Below, one piece after another: positions 1-13,085 of a DNA stretch of 64,000 nt. The stretch is from Ylistrum balloti (lineage: Eukaryota), in the NCBI RefSeq assembly GCF_031769215.1, contig NW_026782082.1, forward strand, positions 868,001 to 932,000, given 5' to 3'. Positions within the stretch are counted from its first letter, which is position 1. Each line of letters starts with the position of its first letter. The notes under the pieces are model-generated. The model did no database searches and had not been told where the DNA came from. It saw nothing but the letters and a program-made list of their open reading frames with translations. The translations under genes were made by a program, and so were the position numbers.

Positions 1-39
1 TGTTTTAACTGTAGCTCAAACATCACACTTCAAGACGGA

Positions 40-290
40 GAAACTTTTTTCTCTCATTTTCTTTCTTTTCTATATCTCTCTCTCCTTTCGCTTTCTGTTA
101 TTCTTCCTTTCTTTCCTTTTTCTTTCTTTTCTTTCATTCTATGTTTCCTTCTTTCCTTTTCTTTTTTTCTATATTTCTTCCTTTCTCTTTCTGTCTTTCT
201 TCCTTTCTTTTTATCTCTTTCTGTCTTTCTTTCTCTTTCGACATTTCTTTCCTTAGTTCTAACTTCCTTTCTTTTATCTTTACTTTATAA
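40..290. repeat. Low-complexity CT/TTTC-rich tract
   Basis: Almost purely pyrimidine sequence built of degenerate tttc/ttc motifs. Confidence 0.85.
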
Positions 291-534
291 ATGTCACTAC
301 CAGAATGAGTATGTACGATCACAATCCTATGTTTTCTAATATTGCCACTGTCTGATAAACAATACAGAGAATGATATCAACGATGGTTACCTCCCCTGAA
401 TTTTACTCAATCAGAGGCAGCATTAAATATGATGGCTTATGGTTTATTACTGAATCAAGAGTGTTTCCTTTATAGATGATACTGAATAGACCTTATACGA
501 TCTTTTGACTTGTGACATATGACAGCTATGCAGA

Positions 535-602
535 CTGGCAGACTGATAGACATACATACAGACAGACAGACAGACAGATAGATAGAGTGAAAGAAAGAAA
601 GA
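535..602. repeat. Compound (GACA)n/(GATA)n/(GAAA)n microsatellite
   Basis: gacagacagacagacagatagatag...gaaagaaag read directly. Confidence 0.85.
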
Positions 603-1347
603 ATAGTTGTACTTGTCTGTCTTATTATTGGTTAAAATAAACGATAATTAAAAAAACCAGTAAGTAAAACATAAAGAAAAGAAAAAGAAAGAAACGGTTT
701 AATAATTCATTATGTCTGTCTCACCAGTGGTCAAAATAAACAATGAGAAAAAGTCCGTAAGATCCTGATGACGGTAAAGAGTTTCCACATATCTGTACTG
801 ACGTGAAAACAATAGTGGTTTATACACAGCAAGTCTGAGTAGTGCTTCATATGCTTTGTGGATCTTCAGGGTTTTTTAACCGTAAATCTCAATCAACATC
901 TGAACAAGTACATTAAGTGTAGAAATGACAGTTTTATATGATATTATTCCAGTTATTGTAATTACATATGCTCTATCGACTTCCATAATTTGAAGTGGTG
1001 CAAATTTCTCATCTAAATCGGTTTTGTAAAGCCAACTTACGAGAAAAATGCGCTATTCTGACAATTTCATGCCGACGTAGTGTTTTATTTATTTTTAATA
1101 CTTGCTTTAAGCTATGAAATTTGTTTTAAAAAACAATTATACGAATTCGTGCACATTATATATAAAATGTTTGTGCGTTAAATCGACAGCGTCTTGGTAC
1201 TTTTAGATGTCTACCCCTGTAAGTATTGTCAACTTGACTGAGTACGAATTCAGCCCCATCACTCACTGATTTTCTGTACAGTTTCGTTGTCTTTTTTTTC
1301 ACTCTACGTATCTATACAAACATGAACACGACACTTTATGAAAGTCG

Positions 1348-1487
1348 NNNNNNNNNNNNNNNNNNNNNNNNNNNNNNNNNNNNNNNNNNNNNNNNNNNNN
1401 NNNNNNNNNNNNNNNNNNNNNNNNNNNNNNNNNNNNNNNNNNNNNNNNNNNNNNNNNNNNNNNNNNNNNNNNNNNNNNNNNNNNNNN
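1348..1487. other. Assembly gap (140 N)
   Basis: N run. Confidence 0.95.
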
Positions 1488-1681
1488 AATATTCTTGGTA
1501 AAATGTGAACAGATTGTCCCTAAGGAAATTTAGCTACTACACTTTTAGTAACGAAATAAGATTACTACAAAACACAGTGTTAAATTGAACTGACCTTACT
1601 ACGACTAGAGCACTACTTACCTTCATGGCGTAGGTTTTCGGTATCCAACTTCCTCTTTTAATTTTTTCCATGTATTATCTC

Positions 1682-1691
1682 AGAGAGAGAG

Positions 1692-1767
<76 letters not shown>
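1682..1767. repeat. (GA)n microsatellite
   Basis: ~40 near-perfect GA units with one gggg interruption. Confidence 0.98.
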
Positions 1768-1771
<4 letters not shown>

Positions 1772-2309
1772 AAAAACAAAACACCATCCAAAGCAAAAAA
1801 TGTTGTGCTTAAGAATGAATTGACCAACAGCATAGTTTGTATACATACAGCAAGTAACATATAGTTCTTAGATCGAGTCAAACAAAATAATGATTTCATT
1901 GACCTTACGTTACACGACGCTGCACACTTTGTACATCATGGAGCAACCGATAACCAATGATACAAGAAATAGCACACATCTGTTTCAATATTAGACATAT
2001 CCAAGTGAGATTTGTTCCTAATCACCGTTGTTATCGGTGTATTTTATGTATTTACATTGCAACTACCCATGGAGTTCCAGGGTGTTTTACACTTTACATG
2101 TAAACAACAAACAGCGACATACCAACAAGACCTGTTAACTTGATGTACCCTAGACTTAAAAAAAAAAATATTAATTGGTTACTACTTGGAGGCGTTGTCA
2201 TTGTTGTCAATTAAACAGCGGGTTTATTTACGGTGAATGAATGTAGAGACATAATTAAAAGATTCTGCATTACACTTAGCAAGCCTAACAATGAGTTATC
2301 TTTACTAAG

Positions 2310-2842
2310 TTTAAAGCGAGTTTGTTTATCAAGAATAAGTTATCAATGTTGTAATTACAGCGAGTTTATTAAAGTAAGGTTAGAATAAGTTACTGTGTTG
2401 AGTTTTAAGCGAATTTATTGAGGTAAGGTTAAAATAAGTTACTGTGTTGAGTCTTAAGCGAGTTTATTCAGGTAAGATTAGAATAGGTTACTGTGTTGAG
2501 TCTTAAGCGAGTTTATTTAGGTAAAGTTAGAATAAGTTACTGTGTTGAGTCTTAAGCGAGTTTATTTAGGTAAAGTTAGAATAAGTTACTGTGTTGAGTC
2601 TTAAGCGAGTTTATTAAGGTAAGGGTAGAATAAGTTACTGTGTTGAGTCTTAAGCGAGTTTATTTAGGTAAGATTAGAATAGGTTACTGTGTTGAGTTTT
2701 AAGCGAGTTTATTTAGGTAAAGTTAGAATAAGTTACTGTGTTGAGTTTTAAGCGAGTTTATTTAGGTAAAGTTAGAATAAGTTACTGTGTTGAGTCTTAA
2801 GCGAGTTTATTCAGGTAAGGGTAGAATAAGTTATTGTGTTGA
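2310..2842. repeat. 49-bp minisatellite, ~9.5 copies plus degenerate left edge
   Basis: Unit agaataagttactgtgttgagtcttaagcgagtttatttaggtaaagtt recurs at 2382, 2431, 2480, 2529 ... 2823. Confidence 0.97.
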
Positions 2843-4476
2843 TGTTGGAGAAGTCGTTTAAACGGCTATATAATGAGTTCGTTATATTTGGTTAAAACGG
2901 ATTTCTTTATAAAAGAATTTAAAAATTGAAAATCGATGATATGTTGTGAACGCAGCCTAATTCAACATAAAATCAAATATGTTGAGAAAACAATGTTATC
3001 ATCATTATCCTAAAAACAATTAGCAAACACGCTTGATAAATGTTACAAATACAATACCAAAAGAAAATAAATACAAATATGATCGCTAAAGGCTAAAGTT
3101 ACATTTAGGACAAATTATTAAAAGTAACAATACGCTTTTTAAAAAATCGAAAAAATCTACACCAATAAAAACATTAAACAGATACCTTAATTACAAGTAA
3201 GACGTGATGTTATTGAAGATAAAAAAAAAATCCAAAATTTAGTGAATTCAATTCATCAAAAATTTATCTATAAAGATTTAGATACAACTGCTAGCTTAAA
3301 AGAAAATAAGGAACACACTAAATAAAGGTTAGAGATAATTAAATAGAATTAGAAAAGTGTGTTAAAAATGAGTGTATTCATGTTAACAGGGTTTAGTGCA
3401 TATTTTCTAATAGATAATACATGTTGAACAAGTTACTAAAGAAATGAGAATACAACTTTACTAAATAACGCACAGAGCGTGTTAGGCTATTGTCAACGAA
3501 ATACATTACGGTAATATGTCTGCAAGAAATATTTAAACATTTTGAAATATAAAGTATACTGTTATAGAGTAATTTTAAACTTATGACATGAGGTGTTGAT
3601 AACCTGGCGCAGCTTTAAGCTATCAGCTTTATGTATGTACTAGAGCACGACTCGTGTTGAGTTCAAGCACCCTAGAAGTGCACGCAGAAGTGGCACATAG
3701 TCAGACGATGTCTTTTAAAATAAACGCTGTTGTAAATGATGTTATTATATGTATCTCGCCCTGAGGTGTAAGCGTTTTATTCAATTTATCCAAAAAGAAA
3801 TAAATGCAACCAACAAAAGAACTGTAGTGGAAAAATTACATATTATATATAATTCAATACTTTGTTGTTAACGGTCAGATGACAGAAGAACATAAAAAAA
3901 GCAAAGCAATTTGACTTTTTTTCTATCATTTTTATTTGAATGACTTTTAAGTTATATTGAATTTGATTTACATTAAATGACGCTATAATGTATACCTATT
4001 GAATGTGACACCTGTATAGCTATTAAGTAATTCTCAGGATTTGTCACATGCACAACTTCGCCTGAATAGGGAAAACATTATAGATATGCAGTAAGTTCTC
4101 GCTAGGCGTCGCCACCAGTTCATGTTTAAAACAGTAGGGGTCACATAAACGCTTTAAATGTAGATTTGTTTTTATCGAACTCAACGGATACCGATTTCAT
4201 TTATCAAGGGAATTATGAATATTCTTGAACAGATATCTACCACGTAGACGGAGGATAAGCCATATAAAAATGACACTATTGTGAATGCTGGTCAGTATTG
4301 AACAGGGTAATGGCAAATGACAAAGTCCAAGACGGCATCGCAATATAAAGGAGGATGGATATACTTTTCCAACATTGTTAACAAGCTGTATAACATTCAC
4401 CGATGTTACAGCATTGTCAGTAAGTCCATGTTTGAAATGAGTTTGAGTCACGAGCAAATATGTTAAACGATTTCCT

Positions 4477-6151
4477 TGGAGACAAATGTTCAACCAGAGG
4501 ACATGAGCAATTGTGATATCCTGTTCAACCTGGAGACAAATGTACCAGAGAGACGATAGACCATGTTCAACCCGGAGACAAATGTACCAGAGAGACGATA
4601 GACCATGTTCAACCCGGAGACAAATGTACCAGAGAGACGATAGACCATGTTCAACCCGGAGACAAATGTTCCTGAGAGACAACAGACCATGTTCAACCAG
4701 GAGACAAATGTACTTAAGAGACAGAAGACCATGTTCAACCCGGAGGCAAATGTACCAGAGAGACGATAGACCGTGTTCAACTCGGAGACAAATGTACCAG
4801 AGAGACCGTAATCAACCCGGACACAAATGTACTTGAGAGACGATAGACCGTGTTCAACTCTGAGACAAATGTACCAGAGAGACCGTAATCAACCCGGAGA
4901 CAAATGTACCTGAGAGACAACAGACCGTGTTCAACCAGGAGACAAATGTACTTAAGAGACAACAGACCGTGTTCAACCCGGAGACAAATGTACTTAAGAG
5001 ACAACAGACCGTGTTCAACCCGGAGACAAATGTATCTGAGAGACAACAGACCGTGTTCAACCCGGAGACAAATGTATCTGATAGACAACAGACCATGTTC
5101 AACCCGGAGACAAATGTACTTATGAGACAACAGACCGTGTTCAACCCGGAGACAAATGTATCTGAGAGACAACAGACCGTGTTCAACCCGGAGACAAATA
5201 TATCTGAGAGACAACAGACCGTGTTCAACCCGGAGACAAATATATCTGATATACAACAGACCGTGTTCAACCCGGAGACAAATGTACCTGATAGACAACA
5301 GACCATGTTCAACCCGGAGACAAATGTACCTGAGAGACAACAGACCGTGTTCAACCAGGAGACAAATGTATCTGATAGACAACAGACCGTGTTCAACCCG
5401 GAGACAAATGTATCTGAGAGACAACAGACCGTGTTCAACCCGGAGACAAAATGTATCTGAGAGACAACAGACCGTGTTCAACCCGGAGACAAATATATCT
5501 GATAGACAACAGACCGTGTTCAACCCGGAGACAAATGTATCTGAGAGACAACAGACCGTGTTCAACCCGGAGAGAAATGTATCTGATAGACAACAGATCA
5601 GGTTCAACCTGGAGACAAATGTATCTGAGAGACAACAGACCAGGTTCAACCTGGAGACAAATGTATCTGATAGACAACAGACCGTGTTCAACCCGGAGAC
5701 AAATGTATCTGATAGACAACAGACCAGGTTCAACCTGGAGACAAATGTATCTGATAGACAACAGACCAGGTTCAACCCGGAGACAACTGTATCTGCGATA
5801 CAACAGACCAGGTTCAACCAGGAGACAAATGTACCTGAGAGACAACAGACCAGGTTCAACCCGGAGACAAATGTATCTGAGAGACAACAGACCAGGTTCA
5901 ACCTGGAGACAAATGTACCTGAGAGACAAAAGACCACGTTCAACCCGGAGACAAATGTATCTGATAGACAACAGACCAGGTTCAACCCGGAGACAAATGT
6001 ATCTGAGAGACAACAGACCGTGTTCAACCCGGAGACAAATGTACCTGAGAGACAAAAGACCACGTTCAACCCGGAGACAAATGTACCTGAGAGACAAAAG
6101 ACCATGTTCAACCCGGAGATAAAGGTGCCTGAGAGAAAATGTTCAACCAGG
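4477..6151. repeat. 42-bp minisatellite, ~40 copies
   Basis: Unit ccggagacaaatgtatctgagagacaacagaccgtgttcaac; 14-aa periodicity in overlapping ORFs on both strands; occasional indel units; degenerate remnant to ~6235. Confidence 0.98.
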
Positions 6152-7867
6152 TGATACATTTATTCGATACACCATGTCCATTAACGAGAAAAATTACCTG
6201 AGAGACCAAATACCATGATGACTGTTCAACCGGGCTACGTATGCAGGTGTTAGACAGTAAAACAAAGTCTCAAAGGCACTTGATAGTCTTGTATTTAAGA
6301 ACGCTGCAAAACGTTTACGTGCACTAAAGAAAAACCGTTTTCATGATGTGTTCACTGTTAGCACTGTATCGACCGTATCTGAAATGTATATGATGGAGAG
6401 ATGATAAGTATGTCATATACTAAAATGACATTTCTATAGAAAGGTTGTCAATTGTGAAATAAAAATTCACATTTTTACACATATTTTAAATATAAAAATT
6501 GATTAGTTTTTCAAAATGTTCTTTCATAAAAAATATTTTGGAAATGCGTTTATTTTAGAGAAATGTCACAAAAATTCAAAGATTTAGAAATTATGGAATG
6601 AAAACAATGTCTTTATGAGGAAATTACTCTTTTGGATTAAAATTTTGCTGTTTTAACCTTAATTTTGACAATGTTATGACCAAGTGTTCGAAAATGGATC
6701 ATAGGTATCCTCTCGACAGTCTCAGAGTACATTTGATCAGAGTGCATTGGACGTTATCAAAATATGGACTAGATGGCTTTATCTAGATAAATGTGATCCC
6801 TATTATATAACTGTCTAGTCTAAAATTACGTTCAAGGACTCAACCGAGAAAATTAAAAATGGCACCTTCTCTTTTGTTCTTTCTTGTTGGAGCCTGGTGT
6901 ATACATTATGTATTGGTTATAGAACGCGCTTATTTATAGGCGTGTTCGATAAGCAATCTCTTAATCAAACATGCAATCAAGTGTCGCTGAAATAATTTGT
7001 GGCTTCGGAAAAGTTCATCATAACATTCGCTATTCAATGAATTAAAAATGGCACTTTTGACTTCATGTAAAATAAATCAAACTGAAAATACGCCATGAAT
7101 AGGGGTATTGCATATCATGGTCAATAAGTCTTTTCCGCCTCATTAACTTGTAAAATCGTTTAAGATATATAGAGCACCAGATCTACAAGGCTATATATGT
7201 GTATACTTATTTGTACCTTACGTAATTCAATCTGCTGTTAATTCATTCATCAATCAGTTTCTCTCGTGAAAACTGGAGATAAAATACATATAGTTGCCTT
7301 GATTCATAATTTATAACCAAATACTGGACTTAAGTACAGTCAATGGCACAAATCAATGCATTATAAAAATAGTATTTATATACAAACACCGTCTCGTAAT
7401 ACATCACTTCAGGGTAAATTAAGATATTGTTTAAAAAAAATCTTTCAAAAACCTTCTAGTATCGAAACCATAAAACTGACAGGGTGATTTAGTTAACTGG
7501 GAGGGCTAAGACATTGTGTACTTTCTTGTACAATGTATTTGTGTCATCCTATATATATATAATATACAAGGTTGTCCCAGTATGAACTGCCCTCAAACAC
7601 ACTATAGGTGCAGAGATCTTGTCGTATATGGATATGTTGGGGTCTGGAGTAGTAAAGCTAAATGTATACAGACATGAGAGTATCCGGATAAATGGTATCC
7701 ATATAGAGGTAAATATCCGGATTAATGAGGACCAAAGACACGTCAGTATCTGGACTAGTGAGTTCATTTGTATACAGATAGATCAGTATCCGGACTGATG
7801 AAACCCAATTTAGTAAGGATAAGTGTTTTATACATATGGGTTAGAGTATATTGATGTCAGCTGTGAA

Positions 7868-9085
7868 CAGACACATCAGTATCCGGACTAGTGAGGGGCG
7901 GGGTGTACAGAGATATCAGTACCCGGACTAGTGAAGGGCGCCATATACAGGGACATCAGTATCCAGACTAGTAAGGGATGCCGTGTATAGAGACATCAGT
8001 ATCCGGACTAGTAAGTGGCGCCGTGTACAGAGACATCAGTATCCGGACTAGTGAGGGGAACGCCATATATAGGGACATCAGGATCCAGACTAGTAAGGGA
8101 TGCCGTGTATAGAGACATCAGTATCCGGACTAGTAAGAGATGCCGTGTACAGAGACATCAGTATCCGGACTAGTGAGGGACGCCATATACAGAGACAACA
8201 GTATTCGGAATAGTGAGGGACGCCATATACAGAGACAACAGTATTCGGAATAATGAGGGGTGCCGTGTATAGAGACATCAGTATCCAGACTAGTGAGGGG
8301 CGCCGTGTACAGAGACATCAGTATCCAGACTAGTGAGGGGCGCCGTGTATAGAGACATCAGTATCCGGACGAGTGAGGGATGCCGTGTACAGAGACATCA
8401 GTATCCAGTCTAGTGAGTGGCGCCGTGTACAGAGACATCAGTATCCGGACTAGTGAGGGGCGTCATGTACAGAGACATCAGTATCCGGACTAGTGAGGGG
8501 TGCCGTGTACAGAGACATCAGTATCCGGACTAGTGAGGGGCGTCATGTACAGAAACATCAGTATCCAGACTAGTGAGGGGTGCCGTGTACAGAGACATCA
8601 GTATCCAGTCTAGTGAGTGGCGCCGTGTACAGAGATATCAGTATCCGGACTAGTGAGGGGCGTCATGTACAGAAACATCAGTATCCGGACTAGTGAGGGG
8701 TGCCGTGTACAGAGACATCAGTATCCGGACTAGTGAGGGGCGTCATGTACAGAGACATCAGTATCCAGACTAGTGAGGGGTGCCGTGTATAGAGACATTA
8801 GTATCCAGAGTAGTGAGGGGTGCCGTGTATAGAAACATCAGTATCCGGACTAGTGAGGGGCGCCGTGTATAGAGACATCAGTATCCGGACTAGTGAGGGG
8901 CGGCGTGTATAGAGACATTAGTATCCAAACTAGTGAGGGGTGCCGTGTACAGAGACATCAGTATCCGGACTAGTGAGGGGCGTCATGTACAGAGACATCA
9001 GTATCCAGACTAGTGAGGGGTGCCGTGTATAGAGACATCAGTATCCGGACTAGTCAGGGGCGCCATGTACAAGGACATCAGTTTC
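7868..9085. repeat. 40-bp minisatellite, ~30 copies
   Basis: Unit agagacatcagtatccggactagtgaggggcgccgtgtac; increasingly degenerate copies extend left to ~7650. Confidence 0.98.
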
Positions 9086-9087
9086 GT

Positions 9088-9557
9088 GAATAGTAAGGTC
9101 CTTGTCAATATCTAGACTAGTGAGGTCCTTGTCAGTATCTGGACTAGTGAGGTCCTTGTCAGTATCTAGACTAGTGAGGTCCTTGTCAGTATCTAGGCCA
9201 GTGAGGTCCTTGTTAATATCTAGACTAGTGAGGTCCTTGTCAGTATCTAGACTAGTGAGGTCCTTGTCAATATCTAGACTAGTGTGGTCATTGTCAATAT
9301 CTAGACTAGTGAGGTCCTTGTCAGTATCTAGACTAGTGAGGTCCTTGTCAGTATCTAGACTAGTGAGGTCCTTGTCAATATCTAGACTAGTGAGGTCCTT
9401 GTCAATATCTAGACTAGTGAGGTCCTTGTCAATATCTAGACTAGTGAGGTCCTTGTCAATATCTAGACTAGTGAGGTCCTTGTCAGTATCTAGACTAGTG
9501 AGGTCCTTGTCAGTATCTAGGCTAGTGAGGTCCTTGTCAGTATCTAGACTAGTGAGG
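9088..9557. repeat. 27-bp minisatellite, ~17 copies, related to the adjacent 40-mer
   Basis: Unit tctagactagtgaggtccttgtcagta; shares cagtatcYRgactagtgagg with the 40-mer. Confidence 0.97.
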
Positions 9558-11699
9558 GTTTTTTTAATTTATATATAGTTTTTTAGTCTTCGTTTATTTA
9601 ATTATTCTTTGCTCAATTTCGATACCACGATGTACATATACAACAGTAAGATTGAAACAGAGACTATTTTTTTTAAAGTTTCAATTTCTAAAAAAAAATG
9701 AACGACTTGGACTCTGACACCAGACGTAATTAACAGAAATCTACACAATTACATACAAATTCCAGTCTCCTATCTACAGAAAAATAATTACAGATTCGTC
9801 AATAATCTGTTGAGGGGTTTTCCCATGAACTTATATCTAAATGTTACTTATTAAAAGTCAATTCAATTAAACTCGAAACCAATTAAGGTATCCAATAAAG
9901 TGGTAGTTTTATTGTATACTTACTTTAAAATAGAATAAATCGTCACGAGATTTTTGATACGGACCAGACATGTCGCGATATCCTGATAAAATCGAAAGAT
10001 TGATTAATTTTTAATGGTTTCGAAACAAAACAAAAGAAGATATGAAATAGACACAGGCATTATAACGTTTTAAAGTTAAGGTGGTGTCTTATTGCAAACA
10101 TGCACCTTAGTGATCGCGATTTCTCGACAATTACTGCCGTTTGGGGAAATTATTTCGAGGCGATGTTATCACCATCTAACATTGACCTCCTTTCGATTTT
10201 ACTTTTATATACAGGTATTACAGGTATATATAGATACATAATTTGAATCCCTCCTGAATTACAGTCTATATCTTACCAGAGTAGGTCTTGAGTGCTAAGC
10301 GGTTTATACCATATATGTAAATGGAATAAGGAAACAGTTATAAATTTTATTTTATTACGATCATCTTGACGGCAATCTGCCCACTGTAACAGAGTAAGTG
10401 ACGATTTCTCATCAAAGCATGAACAATAGAAGAACGAGCGGAATTATCCTCTTACGGGATCAAGAGATTTTTCTTTGACAAGTTAAAAGTAAAATAGTAT
10501 TGAGCCAACGAGAGTTCCAGAGAAGGGACGTAACTCTAAGAAATGCACAGTCAAGAAAATGGCAAATACTACAGCATATCGCGAATCGTTAAATTATTAT
10601 CACTGATACGCCCATCATATTGTGTACAATAAACTTTAACAAGAATGTTAAGGTATATCGACTTGTTTATCTGACTTTCCTATACATAAATGTTTTACAA
10701 ATACCCTGTGTAAGAGCGGAGACACTTCGTAGAGGAGGTCTGTTACAAAAACAACACACATGTTTACGTTACAGACTTGAAATCGTGCGAGAACACTTGT
10801 GTTTTGTCAGATTGTTAGAGGACGTTTCTGTGATAACTTGGTTTTAAACTAAACACATATCTATAATTCCACTTTATAACGGGTAATTTTAACGCTGATA
10901 CACGTAAGAGTAGTGAGCCGATGTACATCAACAGTACACGATGCATTATGTGCATGTTACAGACATTCCGCATCTATCAGGATATTTCAGTAGGATCTTG
11001 CTCGTTAAAACTGATTTAAGCAAACTATTTACTCCAACATATCTTTATTTACGTGAATTATAGATCAAGGCGATTTAATATATAATTAACTCAAACTTTA
11101 CGATATTTTATCGCAAACTATTTCTTGTTTGATAGTTATTGTTAATTTCATGAGTTTCATGATTAAGAAAAAACCGATGAAGGCTTTTTCTTCAGGCTGA
11201 TAACAGCTTCAACATGTGTTGTTCGCCAGACTACCTTCCACGACAAACAGTTACTACATTTCCAGCACTATCTTAGCATGGCTCGTTTACATCAATGTGT
11301 ATCTTATACTGCAAAATAACATAGTTTCTCTGTTGTAGAGTGTATCTATGAGAAATATGACCTGCTGCCATCCTGTTTTAAACCGTCCCCCATCCAACCA
11401 ACATTTTTCATAGCAACGAATTTATATGCAATCGAAATCAATAAGGCTGTAGTAATCTGAATTTAAAAGACAAAGACATTTCGAAATCTCTGTTTTCTTA
11501 AATTCGTTACATTTGTAATCATTCTGACCCAGGACTTTGTTAAAAATCATATAGCTTCATGGAGCCAAGATCGATTTCTACGCCGAATTTTGATCTAACT
11601 GGAATGATAAATCGCCATGTTGTCTTTAAATTTTTCATTATTGTGATACAAGGTCATGTTGATCTCTAGCGTTTTTGTTGCTAGCTCAAGTCACGTAGA

Positions 11700-11960
11700 C
11701 ATTTGAACGCCCTGTGGCGATTGATTGTCATGTCGACCGCGAACCTCATTGTCATGTCAACATTGGAAGTCATTGTAACGATTTATCGTCACGTTAACCC
11801 CGACCCTCACCGTCACGTCGACATTTGGCGCACTGTGGCGATTTATCGCCAGATCGACCCAAAACCTCATCGTCACGTCGACATTTGGCGCAATGTGGTG
11901 ATTTATCGTCACGTCCATCACGACCCTCATCGTCATGTCGACCCCTTACTTCATCGTCAT
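11700..11960. repeat. Degenerate ~60-bp tandem repeat, ~4 copies
   Basis: cgacatttggcgca at 11819 and 11879; gatttatcg and cctcatcgtca recur with the same period. Confidence 0.8.
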
Positions 11961-12706
11961 ATCAACATTGGAACTTATTGTCCTGATTCATCGCTACGTT
12001 GACTCTGGACCTGATTTCTAAGCTGATTGTGTCCAACACGTTATTGAATACAGGTCACTATAGAAGTACAAGACAGTACCCAACAAAGTAACCGCGGAAG
12101 TGCTAACGTTAAAAAACGAACAGCTGATCGTGAAGGTGGCGCCAAAACAAAAAGAACTGGAGACATGTACGCGTATGTTTTTGTCACAGCCACGTTTTGA
12201 TCTGGTTTTTGTTTTTAACAATCACATGTTGTATATTGTAGGTAAGTGTCCTATGTTTACATGTGCCTTAGACTGTCATTGGCTGGATTGCCATGTACCC
12301 TAGGGAATCGTTTAATATGTAACCTTAACAGCCAAGTTTCCATACTATTCAAATGCTTCCGAACCTATCCCCTCGTCTCAGCAGTCGCATGCGAGTTGTG
12401 TCGATGAAAAGTAAAGCCTCGTGTTTTGTATAAGAAAATAAGGAACAAACGTTTTAGCTATACATAATCTGTATTGAACAAAGACGCACATGTTTAAGTC
12501 GCGGTTGAACTCTTTGCAATCGACAACAATATTTGTTTTTGCGACACTTCTTTCCTTTACCTATTACGACCTCAACCCTTGACCATCGAGGTCAGCCCTG
12601 ACCGTCTGGGTCGGCATGCCCGTGGGGTGGTCTACATACCATTGTACATAACAATGGCAGAGGTATCTGTACACGTCAACATCTTAGTGTAGTCTGCATA
12701 CCGTAC

Positions 12707-12791
12707 CTACGGGACAACGCCGGGGATTTTCAAACATGTCAACACTCCCTAAAATATACTGCCCATCAGAATAAAGTATATTCGGACTATC
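12707..12791 (-). CDS. Candidate 85-nt internal exon (DSPNILYSDGQYILGSVDMFENPRRCPV), unknown product
   Basis: Pyrimidine-rich acceptor ttctgtgctcttgtatccag, donor TAG|gtacgg, only one open frame; no homology recognised. Confidence 0.2.
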
Positions 12792-13017
12792 CTGGATACA
12801 AGAGCACAGAACGGAATCTGTCATAGGACTCAGACACTAACCATACGAATGCACCGATATTACTGGTAACGTTTTGGTGTTATTTGCGCTGTTTAAAAAT
12901 GAAGTGAAATCACAATTCATGCTATCAGTGTATGAATAAGGAACCGTACGTGAATCATGAAATGTACATAAACAGCGCCGTGCCATGAACGTTCACTTCG
13001 CCTTAAACGTGATGTTT

Positions 13018-13085
13018 GTATGTTTGTTTGTTTACGAGGTTCATCGCCCCCGTGAACAGTTAAGGTCATTTTGAGGTGGGGTTTC
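13018..13085 (-). mobile_element. SINE 3' tail fragment
   Basis: Minus strand reads aaatgaccttaactgttcacgggggcgatgaacctcgtaaacaaacaaaca, ending in an (AAAC)n tail like mollusc SINE 3' ends (recalled, not searched). Confidence 0.5.

Noticed and set aside
4197-6159. Long ORFs of up to 460 aa on both strands
   Set aside because: Translations of the 42-bp minisatellite; open in several frames at once, with indel units switching frames.
12855-12940. GPCR TM1-like ITGNVLVLFALF
   Set aside because: Frame closed by stops on both sides within ~35 codons; no further helices.
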